Below, one piece after another: positions 1 through 10,493 of a stretch of 64,000 nucleotides of DNA (position 1 is its first letter; each line of letters starts with the position of its first letter). The stretch is taken from NCBI RefSeq assembly GCF_006345805.1, contig NC_043000.1, forward strand, positions 129,084,001-129,148,000, in the 5' to 3' direction. The notes under the pieces are model-generated. The model was not told the DNA's origin, made no database searches, and saw nothing but the letters and a program-made list of their open reading frames with translations. This DNA comes from Octopus sinensis (lineage: Eukaryota). The translations under genes and the position numbers were made by a program.

Positions 1-237
1 TGAGCAAAAAAACAAAGATTTAAAAAAAAAAATTCTTTCAATATTATCTAACAGTAACTAAGAAGATAGTAAAAATGACTCAGAAATATTTATAAAGAAA
101 ACGAATGAATCAGAAACTTATTTTTGTATAATAGGAACTGGAACTAGTTGTCATAGGTGTTTATGCTGCTATTATTAGTCATGTAAAATTATATTCCTTC
201 CTCTCAACCACCTACCCAGGTAATTTGGAAACAAGTT

Positions 238-615
238 TTATTACCTCCACCTTAACGAAGGCAGGGGTATTGTTTTCAGTCGTGTGTGTTTGTTTGTTTG
301 TTTATCCGTGGACAAGATATATCAAGACCTGCAGGATAGATTCGGATTAAATTTTTAGGGATGTTTGGCCTTGTGACTGGAACGAACTGATTAGATTTTG
401 GGATTGATCCAGTACTGGACAAAGATACTGGATTATTTTTCCTGCTTTTTATTTTAACTTTTGAAAGCAGTCAGGTTTCATTTTTAGTATTCTCATTTGT
501 GAGAGCAGTTGAGTTTATTTTGGATATTCTCATTTTAAAAATCATCTCTAGCTAATCGTTGAGAGGATGTTGGTATTGCTTTGGTGGAGGTTTGCGCCCT
601 CTAAGTGCTCTTATT
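238..615 (+). mobile_element. Non-autonomous Helentron-associated (HINE/DINE-1-like) element
   Basis: Starts TTATTACCTCCACC, followed by a (GTTT)n tract. Subterminal inverted repeat acctccacc (243-251) / ggtggaggt (583-591), then a short hairpin gcgccctctaagtgc. This layout is typical of HINEs. Confidence 0.65.
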
Positions 616-758
616 TACCATGTAGTACTACATATTATCTAACTTGATTACAGGTTTTTCTATGTGTGCGTGTTTGTCTCAGTGCACATTCACCCAAGAT
701 TAGCTATCAAGTAGTGAGTTGAAGTAAATACAAACAAGTGCACACACATTATATATAT

Positions 759-1046
759 CACCGTGACCGACCAGGCTATCAGATGTTGCTACACATCGCT
801 GGTCACAATGCACTTCGCATTGGTTTAGCCTCCAAATGACGCCACCCCGCTGGCTAAGCGAGCAGGCCAACAGAAGAAAGAGTGAGAGTAAGTTGTGGTG
901 AAAGAGTACAGCATGGATCACCACCACCCCCTGCCGGAGCCTCGTAGAGCTTTAGGTGTTTTCGCTCAATAAACACTCACAACGCCCAGTCTGGGAATCG
1001 AAACCGCGAGTCCGCTGCCCTAACCACAGGGCCATTGTGCCTCCAC
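759..1046 (-). mobile_element. tRNA-derived SINE (family D)
   Basis: Minus-strand head gtggaggcacaatggccctgtggttagg...gtttcgattccc with A/B boxes. Flanked by a near-identical direct repeat cacattatat(a/c)tatat (TSD). Second copy near 37810-38010. Confidence 0.8.
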
Positions 1047-1064
1047 CACATTATATCTATATAA

Positions 1065-1590
1065 GAATTTTTTGCGTAATACGATAAAAAAAAAACCAAG
1101 GCTGTGTAGATATTAGAGCATTTATAGATAGAAGGTCTTACAGCTGTTTCTAGGATATTTAATTATATCCCTTCATTGGAGACTGTGTGAGAGGATAGTT
1201 AAGTCATAGTTTAGATGTGATATAAAATAGAATGAGGTGGAGGAAAGAAAATAGATGCAAGATTTGTATGGGTACTGAAGTTGTAAATCCATTTTTTAGG
1301 CATAATGGTATATATGCAATATTCCAATATCCTATGAGTAAAGTCCAAAAGTCCAACAGAGTTTAATATGAGTCCTTCCAAATATAGAGTTTATAAGCAA
1401 TGTAAGATTCCCTTATGAGTGAGATCTAGCAGATTTTTAAACTTGGTCATTCCCAGTAGAGAATTTATATACAGTGTTGCCGAGTCAAAGGTTTTTTATA
1501 TATTACCGAAACTGGAACTTAACTATGGTCTGTCTATAGCACTTATTCAGCATTACCTGACACCTTTGGGTCTCAATGACACCATTATCT
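1065..1590 (-). mobile_element. Penelope-like element fragment (pLTR region)
   Basis: Contains a hammerhead-like motif at 1135-1183 and abuts (TA)n at 1590-1640. Coding remnant is not clearly readable. Confidence 0.45.
1135..1183 (-). ncRNA. Degenerate type-I hammerhead ribozyme motif
   Basis: Reverse complement reads GTCT CCAATGA A GGGATAT aattaa ATATCCT A GAAAC AGCT GTA AGAC. Stems I and II pair, stem III is palindromic, cleavage triplet GUA; two core substitutions. Confidence 0.6.
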
Positions 1591-1594
1591 CATA

Positions 1595-1650
<56 letters not shown>

Positions 1651-1651
1651 T

Positions 1652-2613
1652 ATAAAAATATTTTTTGTAGAAAATAAAAATTTCAGTTGTCAGTACTTTA
1701 CATTCGATAATGTAATCGTGCTTAAATTGATTTATAAGACTTGGATGGGATACATATTCATATTAAAAATTCAAATAATAAAAGATAAAAAAAATATAAT
1801 AGAAATCTTTATATATAAAAGTGAAGTTGTGTGTCTGTCTCCTACAATTTAGATTCCTAACTACTCCCACATTTTTTGGTGCAGTGTAACCAAAAGCGGG
1901 TATCTTATAGTCGTGATTCATATCGAGCCCTTCTGGGTATTAGCGCGCGTCTACGATGAGTCTACGATTAAAAAAAAAAATTTTCCATCATTTTCCCCCA
2001 TTTTTAATGCATTTTGTTGCTATTATATAAGGGAAGTAACTCTCTAAAAATGTATTATTAAATCTCAGAACGTAAAAAGCTACAGTAACACCCACCCCCT
2101 TTGAGGTTAGCCATATTGAGATGGCTATTATACTTTACATCTCTAAAAATGCTTATATAGTTATTTCCCTTACAAACCCGAGCAACGCCGGGCGATACTG
2201 CTAGTAAGATATAAAATGTAAATGAAGTAAGATTTAAGAACATGAAAACTATGTATGCGTGTGTAGATACATGTATTCGAAGGAGAATAGAGTTCAGTAA
2301 TACGAGTTATCAGGAAGGTAAAAGTCAGTTAAAAACTGTGATAAGTACAAATCAGTTAAAAACTTATGGCCATTTCAGAAAATATTAAGGGGCCAAATAC
2401 ATGTGTCTGCACATGGATACACGGTTTTCATGTTTTTATATCTTACTTCATTTACATTTTATACCTTATTATTTTTATTATATTTCTTATTTGAATTTTT
2501 AACATAAACATGTATCCTATCCAAATCTTATAAATCACTGTAAGAACAATTTCGTTTTTGGATATAAAATACTGACAACTGAAATTTTAATATTCTACAA
2601 AAAAATGTTTTAT
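1652..2613. mobile_element. Foldback/long-TIR non-autonomous DNA element with nested Helitron
   Basis: Left arm 1652-1805 plus 2205-2279 is the imperfect reverse complement of 2394-2613 (about 220 bp, differences mostly transitions). Spacer about 110 bp. Confidence 0.75.
1806..2204 (+). mobile_element. Non-autonomous Helitron
   Basis: 5' TC at 1806 after an A. 3' hairpin cccgagcaacgccggg (2177-2192), then CTAG (2201-2204) followed by T. A|T target and no TSD. Confidence 0.85.
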
Positions 2614-2680
2614 TACTCCTTAGCTCATAAACAAGCACACAAAAAAAAAACAGTTGTACTATACATGGAGTATAGTACAA

Positions 2681-2736
<56 letters not shown>

Positions 2737-2931
2737 TATATACGTATATATACATATATATATACGTATATATACATATATATATACGTATATATACAAA
2801 CAGTGACATGTCTAAAAAACACCCCAAAAAACAGTGGGGAGTGATTTGGCTGCTATCTCTTGCAAGTTTTGAATTTGATAGTAGGCAGAAACTGTACATA
2901 TATATATATATATCTTCAGCGGGTGTTAAAT

Positions 2932-3125
2932 GATGATGATGATCATCATCATTTAATATCTACTTTCCATGCTAGAATGGACTGAGTGATTTGACAGGAT
3001 CCAATGAACTGGAGGACTGTGTTGACCTCCAATGTCTGCTTTGGCATAATTTCTGCTACTGCATACCCTCTCTTACAGCAACAACTATAAATTTTACTGG
3101 GGGCATTTTTTTTGTGTGACACTAG
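2932..3125 (-). mobile_element. Degenerate RTE LINE 3' tail
   Basis: catcatcatcatttaatatctactttccatgctag... matches the reverse complement of the RTE tail seen throughout the window. Confidence 0.6.
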
Positions 3126-4491
3126 CATTAGATAGATCTCCACAGAAGAAATATAAAGCTTCTTACATTACAGGGGAGTGAGTGGGAGTAGATAAAGACA
3201 TTGGTGATAAGGAGTAAGAGCATACTCTCCAGGTACATGAAGGTGAGTGTAAAAGAAAATATGGACTAAAGGTCAGGAGTGGGGATGGACAAGTTCATAA
3301 CAGGTATAGGTAGAGAGTGACAGGTGGTTAGAGATGGTGGCAAGTAAATGTTAATATAGTGAATGATGTACCAGGGTAGCAGTGTGGTCAATGGCAAATG
3401 TCAGTATGGGGGTGAAGTGAAAGAAATCTCTCAAGGTTGGGGTGAATACAGGAAGAGCAGAGAGCAGCAGTATAATAAACCTAGATAGATAAGAAAATAG
3501 TGGCACATGACTGCAGAAGGAGAGAGAGAGAGAGAGATGTACAAAGACTGAGATGGAAATCAAAGGTACAGAGTGGTGGTTATAGTGAGGGAGGGACAAA
3601 GGTGGGTGGGTCAGCTGTTGATAAATGTGAAAGGTGGTTGAGAGTGGAAGCAGATATATAAGGTATGGCAACATATAAGTGTGTGTGTGTGTGTGTGCTT
3701 ATGAGTGTGTGTACACGTGTATATTTATAAATTTCTGCTTCTCAAAAATCATTGGCTGTAAGCAAGTGACATTGTTGTCACTTCCCTGACTACACTTTCA
3801 AAGTTGAGTGCAATTAGAGAACCTTTACTCGAAAAACAGGTAAAGGTTGACTTCAATAATATATTCATCTAACTCATGCTAACTTGGAAAAACACATGTA
3901 AAAATAAAAAACAAACAAACAAAAGAATAAATAATGTTGGATGTGGGTGACTATATCAATTATTTCTGTAATTACCATTGTGTGCATATGTGAGGAAGAT
4001 CATGGCTGTGTGTATAAGTCTGCTTTTCAACTAAGCAGTTTCAAATACAGTGCTTCTGTGCAGTAATTTGGATACGTGTCTTCAACCATGGCTTTGGGAT
4101 AACTGAAGACTTGTGAAATATGAAAGATATATACTGATGATGATGGTGATGGTGATGATAGATACTGTTAGTGGAAGCCTGTCAGAGTTACTGGAGTTAC
4201 CGTCCCAATCTTTTGAGGCAGTCGTAACCCATCGCCTAATTCACTACAACCATCTAGTGCTTGGGCACACCTGAAGTGGAGTCCATTCTATTGGATACAT
4301 GCAAAGTGGGTCTCCAGTCTACTCTGGGAGAACCTCCTTCCTTCCTTCTTTACACCATTCTCAGAGGACATGAAAAAGGTCATGGGCATTGCCCTTTCTC
4401 TTTAAACTAAAAGGATAAATTTTTTTTCTTTCTTCAAATGTGTGTATGTGTATTTTTGTACACCTTTGGCTGTACATATATGTATACTATT

Positions 4492-4885
4492 TACTCTTTT
4501 ACTTGTTTCAGTCATTTGACTGTGGCCATGCTGGAGCACCGCCTTTTAGTCGAGCAAACTGACCCCAGGACTTATTCTTTGTAAGCCTAGTACTTATTCT
4601 ATCGGTCTCTTTTTGCCGAACTGCTAAGTTACGGGGAAGTAAACACACCAGCATTGGTTGTCAAGTGATGGTGGTGGAAACAGACACACAAACATATACA
4701 CACACATACATATACATATATACAACGAGCTTCTTTCAGTTTCTGTCTACCAAATCCACTCACAAGGCTTTGGTTGGCTCGAGGCTATAGTAGAAGATAC
4801 TTGCCCAAGCTGCCACACAGTGGGACTGAACCCAGAACCATGTGGTTGGTAAGCAAGCTACTTACCACACAGCCACTCCTACGCC
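4492..4885 (-). mobile_element. tRNA-derived SINE family A (octopus-type, internal TA/CA microsatellite)
   Basis: Reverse complement of head gcaggagtggctgtgtggtaag...ggttcagtccc, body aagccttgtgagtggatttggtagac, and tail gaaacaagtaaaagagta. Confidence 0.9.
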
Positions 4886-4949
4886 TATATATGAGTATAT
4901 ATACACATACACACACATGTATCCTGTACACAAATACATACATACATAT

Positions 4950-5177
4950 TTCTTTATTACCCACAAGGGGCTAAACACAGAGGGGACAAACAAGGACAGA
5001 AATAGGTATTAAGTCGATTACATCGACCCCAGTGCATAACTGGTACTTAATTTATCGACCCCGAAAGGATGAAATGCAAAGTCGACCTTGGCAGAATTTG
5101 AACTCAGAACGTAAAGACAGATGAAATACTGCTAAGCATTTTGCCCGGTGTGCTAACATTTCTGCCAGCTCACCGCC
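4950..5177 (-). mobile_element. tRNA-derived SINE family B
   Basis: Reverse complement of ggcggtgagctggcagaaa...gagttcaaat...gtcgactttgc.tttcatcctttcggggtcgataaattaagtaccag. Confidence 0.9.
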
Positions 5178-5359
5178 TTGTTACTCTGGTAAATATTGTC
5201 AGATATACTCCTTCCACACAACAACTTAACTGCTTTGGACTTATTAACGTTCAATTAGTTCCCACCACCACTACCACCACTTTCTAATGTCTATATTTGA
5301 TTTTTCAATGCTTTAAATGCTTATCTTGCTGATATACTGGTATTTGTATGTATGTATGT

Positions 5360-5582
5360 ATGGCGAGCTGGCAGAAACGTTAGCACGCCGGGCGAAATGC
5401 GTAGCCGTTGTTCGTTTGTCGTTACGTTGTGAGTTCAAATTCCGCCGAGGTCGACTTTGCCTTACATCCTTTCGGGGTCGATAAATTAAGTACCAGTTAC
5501 ATACTGGGGTCGATCTAATTGACTTGCCCGCCCCCGCCCCCCAAAAATTTCAGGCCTTGTGCATAAAGTAGAAAAGAATATT
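5360..5582 (+). mobile_element. SINE family B
   Basis: ggcgagctggcagaaacgttagcacgccgggcg...gagttcaaattccgccgaggtcgac. Inverted relative to the 4950-5177 copy. Confidence 0.9.
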
Positions 5583-5597
5583 TACCAGTGTAACATA

Positions 5598-5973
5598 TAC
5601 TCTTTACTTTTACTTGTTTCAGTCATTTGACTGCAGCCATGCTGGAGCACCGCCTTTAGTTGAGCAAATCGACCCCGGGACTTATTCTTTGTAAGCCCAG
5701 TACTTATTCTATCGGTCTCTTTTGCCGAACCGCTAAGTGATGAGGACGTAAACACACCAGCATCGGTTGTCAAGCAACACTAGGGGGACAAACACATATA
5801 TATATATATATATATATACATATATACGACAGGCTTCTTTCAGTTTCCGTCTACCAAATCCACTCACAAGGCATTGGTCGGCCCGGAGCTATAGCAGAAG
5901 ACACGCAGTGGGACTGAACCCGGAACCATGTGGTTGGTTAGCAAGCCACTTACCACGCAGCCACTCCTGTGCC
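5598..5973 (-). mobile_element. SINE family A
   Basis: Near-full-length match to the other family A copies. Confidence 0.9.
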
Positions 5974-6857
5974 TATACAAACGAAGATACATAGATATGT
6001 ATATAATCTCTCAGTTTTCAATGGGCACAACCATCAAGGGTTTTTTACCAGTTGATCAAATTGACCTTGTTTATTTCAGTCTGACTGGCACAAATCTTAA
6101 AAGGGCAGTAACTCCAAATAAGAAGCTGCACCAGACCTTGATGACCCGTTCACTCTATGGCAGCATGGAAAGCCAGTATAAAACGATGATGCATACATAT
6201 AGATTATAGAGAAGCCTCAACGACAGTATAAAATCAACAAGACTGAACATGCAGAGAATTAGTCATGTATATAGTTAAGAGACATTTACTACATGCATAT
6301 TGGGTGTTTGTGCGTAGGTAGACAGTATAGAGAGACAAGGGTAGGAGCTATGTAGACTTGTAGCTAATTGATTGTTGTTGATCAAAAAGACCTATGATCA
6401 AAAGGCATTCCAGGTCTGATCATCCCATGCTTTTTGCCCATGTGTGTATGTGTGTACAGAGAAAGAAAGAGAGAGGAAAGTATAATTAAACATGAGAGAT
6501 TGTTTATATGACATTTAGTTACAGCATCTTGAGTAGGTTTCATTAAAACGAGGTGATTATTTGTTATATTATGGAAATTAGATAATGAAAACACTGACTT
6601 ATCACCAGAGATGTGTAGTTTTCTTACATAACATAATTGGACTAATGAAGCAGCAGAATTAACCATCATGGTGCAGGTATGGTTGTGTGTTTGAGGTATT
6701 TGCTCAACAAGCATGTAGTAGTGAGATCAGTTCCACTCTGTGGTATCTTGGGTTTGTGCCATCTAAGATAGCCAAAGGCTGATCAATGCCTTGTCAGTGA
6801 ATTAGGTCAAAACTGTGTGGCAACCCATGTTGTGTGTGAGTGTAGATACATGCACAT

Positions 6858-6914
<57 letters not shown>

Positions 6915-7181
6915 CAAATAAAAGACAGAAGATGGAATATACGAGAATATATTATTAATCACAACAATTGTTTTGACACATCTAGTCCAGCATCAACTCC
7001 TCTTGTGGGACACACAAAAAAACTGGTACAGGAGCAGCTGGCGGTGCGGATTTATCTCATCGGGTGATAAATAAATAAAAAAATCTCGTTAAAATGTTGG
7101 CTTGCCAATCCTCAGTCAAACCATCCAACCCATACCAGCATCTATCTGTCTATATCTGTATCTATATATATATATATATAT

Positions 7182-7412
7182 CCAATTTCAAAATGTGACC
7201 TCATGCGTACCGTTGGCTATTTTTTTTCTCTGTCCTCCCTTCTCTGGATCTTTCCTTCTCCTATGTTTCCGACGAAGAGCTCCGCTCGAAACGTTAAACC
7301 CTCCTTCTTTCCTGAGCGCCCAATAATACTATATTTGTTCCATGTCCTCGCGTTGTTGTGTTTTTTTGTGCTTTTTTGTTTGGATTAACTTTATATATAT
7401 ATTAATTATTAC
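7182..7412 (+). mobile_element. Short (~230 bp) hammerhead-bearing PLE-related element embedded in (TA)n
   Basis: (TA)n on both sides. A second copy lies on the minus strand at 10032-10260 and both carry the same ribozyme motif. Confidence 0.7.
7265..7299 (+). ncRNA. Minimal type-I hammerhead ribozyme motif
   Basis: GTTT CCGACGA A GAGC tcc GCTC GAAAC GTT AAAC. Stem I GTTT/AAAC and stem II GAGC/GCTC are perfect; palindromic AACGTT forms stem III; U4C core variant. Confidence 0.7.
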
Positions 7413-7414
7413 TT

Positions 7415-7820
7415 GAGGGAATAAAATCCAAACCTACAAGGAAAAAGAATTCAATTTAGAAATACTAAATCAAATTCCACACAATATAAATATATATAAA
7501 ATATTAGAAAAAAACCACCTTTTATCAATTCAAAATGAATAATTAAATTACACCATCTAGAAAATTATATATAATAGAAAAGTTAAAATTGAAATAACAA
7601 TTAAAAAGTAAAGATTAAGTAAATTACAAGAATAATGTAATGTATAAAATAGATAGCAGCGAAACACATGTCGTTTTTCTACCTATTTTATATATTACAT
7701 TATTCTTGTAATTTACTTAATCTTTACTTTTTAATTGTTATTTTAATTTTAACTTTTCTATTATATGTAATTTAATTATTCATTTTGAATTGATAAAAGG
7801 TGTTTTTTTTCTAATATTTT
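7415..7820. repeat. ~140 bp near-perfect palindrome, probably Penelope-derived
   Basis: Arm 7498-7656 pairs with 7679-7820. Loop contains GAAACACATGTC. Minus strand near 7420-7445 reads VGLDFIPSSN, similar to the PLE N-terminal GLxFxP motif. Confidence 0.75.
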
Positions 7821-7835
7821 AAACATATATATGTT

Positions 7836-8180
7836 GGTGCAGGAGTGGCGAGAAGCTTCCCATCCACATGGTTCTGGGTTCAGTCCCACTACATTGCACC
7901 TTGGGCAAGTGTCTTCTACTATAGCCTCAGGCTGACCGAGGCCTTATGAGTAGATTTCATAGATGGATACTGAAAAAAGCCTGTCATATGCATGTATGTC
8001 CCCCACCATCACCTGACAACAGATGTTGGTGCGTTTATGTCCCTGTCATAAAGCAGTTTGGCAAAAGAGACCTATAGAACAAGTACTAGGCTTACAAACA
8101 ATAAGTCGTAGTGTTGAATTATTTGACTAAAGGCAGTGCTCCAGTATGGCCATAGTCAAATGACTGAAACAAGTAAAAAA
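7836..8180 (+). mobile_element. SINE family A (older, diverged)
   Basis: ggtgcaggagtggc...ggttcagtccc...gactgaaacaagtaaaa. Confidence 0.85.
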
Positions 8181-8194
8181 ATTTATATCTTATA

Positions 8195-9090
8195 TACAGG
8201 ATGAAATGGGTAAATTGTCACCATTTTATATATTTAATTTTGTGCATGCACATTGTTTTTGATTTTGTTGATGATACAGTATAGTAGGGTCAACTGGGCA
8301 ACGTCTAATAGTAAAACAGTACCATGATGCAATCCACTCTGTCAGAAATTTGGAAACAACAAGCTGTACTGCATGGCATTAATGCCGGAAGCTCCAATAC
8401 AAACATTTCAGAATGTTTGGGTGTCAAATGCGAACAATGCAGAGGATTCGGAAAGAGTTGGATTAGTCTAATGGTGATTATACAGGTATGGCAGCTTAGA
8501 AAACTCACTTTGATCGTTCTTATTAGAAAAGACCTCCTAAATTTGTTGGTGAGATCCAGACCATGATCAATCAGGCCCATCACCAGGGACATGAGAGTGT
8601 CTGAGTTTCTTATCAGGCAGGTAGTGCATGAAGACATTAGGTATTCCTCAGACAAGATGAGAAAGGGCCAATTTTTATCCCAAGAAAAAAGACTGCACTA
8701 CAAAGCTTTTGAATAAACTCAAGCATCCCCTCCAAGCAAACATGCTTTTGTTTTTCTCAGACAAGAAAAATTTCTGCCAGGATCAGATGGTGAACATATA
8801 GAACAACTGTTGGCTTGCTGTGTCCCCAAAACATGTACCAAGAGTGATAAAAATCAAACATCCAGTCAACATCATGGTGTTTGGAGTGATCACTAGTGAT
8901 GGCAATGTTATGCCTCTATTCATCTTCCCACATGGCCTCACACACAACATGGAGACCTACATCAAGTGCTTGGAGGAGATACTGCTGCCCTGGATCAAGA
9001 GGATGGCTGCCGGAAGACCCTATGTCTAGCAACAGGACTCTGTAGCATGCCACAGAAGCAGGAGAACCCAGTCATGGCTGTTGGACAATT
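8195..9090 (+). pseudogene. Degenerate Tc1/mariner DD37D (maT-type) transposon, 3'-truncated by a SINE
   Basis: TA then TIR caggatgaaatgggtaaattg. Translated pieces FFSDKKNF, KHPVNIMVFGVITSDG and YV*QQDSVACHRSRRTQSWL. Frameshifts and stops present. Confidence 0.85.
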
Positions 9091-9099
9091 TCTGTTACC

Positions 9100-9166
9100 T
9101 TCTGTCCCACTGCATTTGTGAGTGGATTTGGTAGACGGAAACTGAAAGAAGCCTATTGTATATATA

Positions 9167-9209
<43 letters not shown>

Positions 9210-9392
9210 TTGTCCCCCCCAACATCACTTGACAACCGATGCTGGTGTGTTCACGTCCCCGTAACTTAGTGGTTCAGCAAAACTGACCGATAGAATAGGC
9301 TTACAAAGAATAAGTCCTGGGGTCAATTTGCTCGACTAAAGGTGGTGCTCCAGCATGGCCGCAGTCAAATGACTGAAACAAGTAAAAGAGTA
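9100..9392 (+). mobile_element. SINE family A, 5'-truncated
   Basis: Begins in the body (tttgtgagtggatttggtagacgg) at the maT breakpoint and ends aagtaaaagagta. Confidence 0.85.
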
Positions 9393-10014
9393 TAGAATTT
9401 GATTTATGGTGTGTTGTATGTGTTTTTGCATTTGTCTTTCACAGCTTGAAATTTGTTGTCGGTTTGTTTGTGGCCACCATAACCAAACAGTTTAAAAAAG
9501 AGAATGATGGAATAATTATCAGACTTAAAATAAGTACCAGGGTTGATATCACAACAAAACCCATCCAGGCAGTACCCCAGTATAGTTGCAGTCCAATGAT
9601 AAACAAAGAATAAATAAATACATGTGAGAGTGAGTGAGAGAGTCTGTCCTTCACCTTGCTTTTTCTTAAAGAAGGTAGGGCGAGTGATTACACAAAGGTC
9701 TAACTGTTATTTCTAGCATCTCCAGCCATCACATAGATACTCCCTCATTGGCTACAGAAGTTCCAAGTTCCTGGTGCAATGAGGTAACTCTGGTGAGTAA
9801 CCAGTGAGCAGCAAAGGAGTAGTCAATGAGTAATAAGAGGAAAAGCAATCAGTAGTCAAGGAGTAGGCGGTGTGAAGACGGATGCTGTCAGTGAACTAGT
9901 GAAAATTCAACCAATTAGGGGAAGAGAGAGATTTACCTCCTGGATAGGATCCTGTGAGGTGAGGGAAATGGGTCATAAGAGATCAGCAAGTGTTTACACC
10001 CCACCAGAAAAATG

Positions 10015-10031
<17 letters not shown>

Positions 10032-10056
<25 letters not shown>

Positions 10057-10260
10057 TAATCCAAACAAGAAAACACAGAAAAAAAGAGAAAAAAAACACA
10101 GCAACGCGAGGACGTGGAACAATTAAAGTATTATTGACGCTCAGGAAAGAAGGGAAGGAGAGTTTAACGTTTCGAGCGGAGCTCTTCGTCGGAAACAAGG
10201 AGAAGGAAAGATCCCAAGAAGGGAAGACAGAGGAAAAAATATTTTTGCTGGTGGTGCTCA
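10032..10260 (-). mobile_element. Second copy of the hammerhead-bearing short element
   Basis: Reverse complement matches 7182-7412. (TA)n on both sides. Ribozyme motif at 10162-10196. Confidence 0.7.
10162..10196 (-). ncRNA. Minimal type-I hammerhead ribozyme motif
   Basis: Reverse complement is identical to 7265-7299 (GTTTCCGACGAAGAGCTCCGCTCGAAACGTTAAAC). Confidence 0.7.
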
Positions 10261-10493
10261 TATATATATATATACACATGTGTATCTATGTGTGTATATA
10301 GTGATAGAAAGTAAGAACTGAATAAATTCAGAGAATGGTTGAGGGCAATTTCATTAGTTGATTAATCCTGCATATAAATCAATGTATAATAATGAACCAC
10401 TTCCTCTAGCCTTTCAAAATGATCATAACCTTGAATAAACTTGTGTAACAATATTATCTTTATTTTTTAGGTAAACCGCTGTGTGTGTGCGTG

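Noticed and set aside
3150-3680. Purine-rich block with a 107-aa minus-strand ORF (also 32000-32750)
   Set aside because: Low-complexity GA-rich sequence, no domain motifs.
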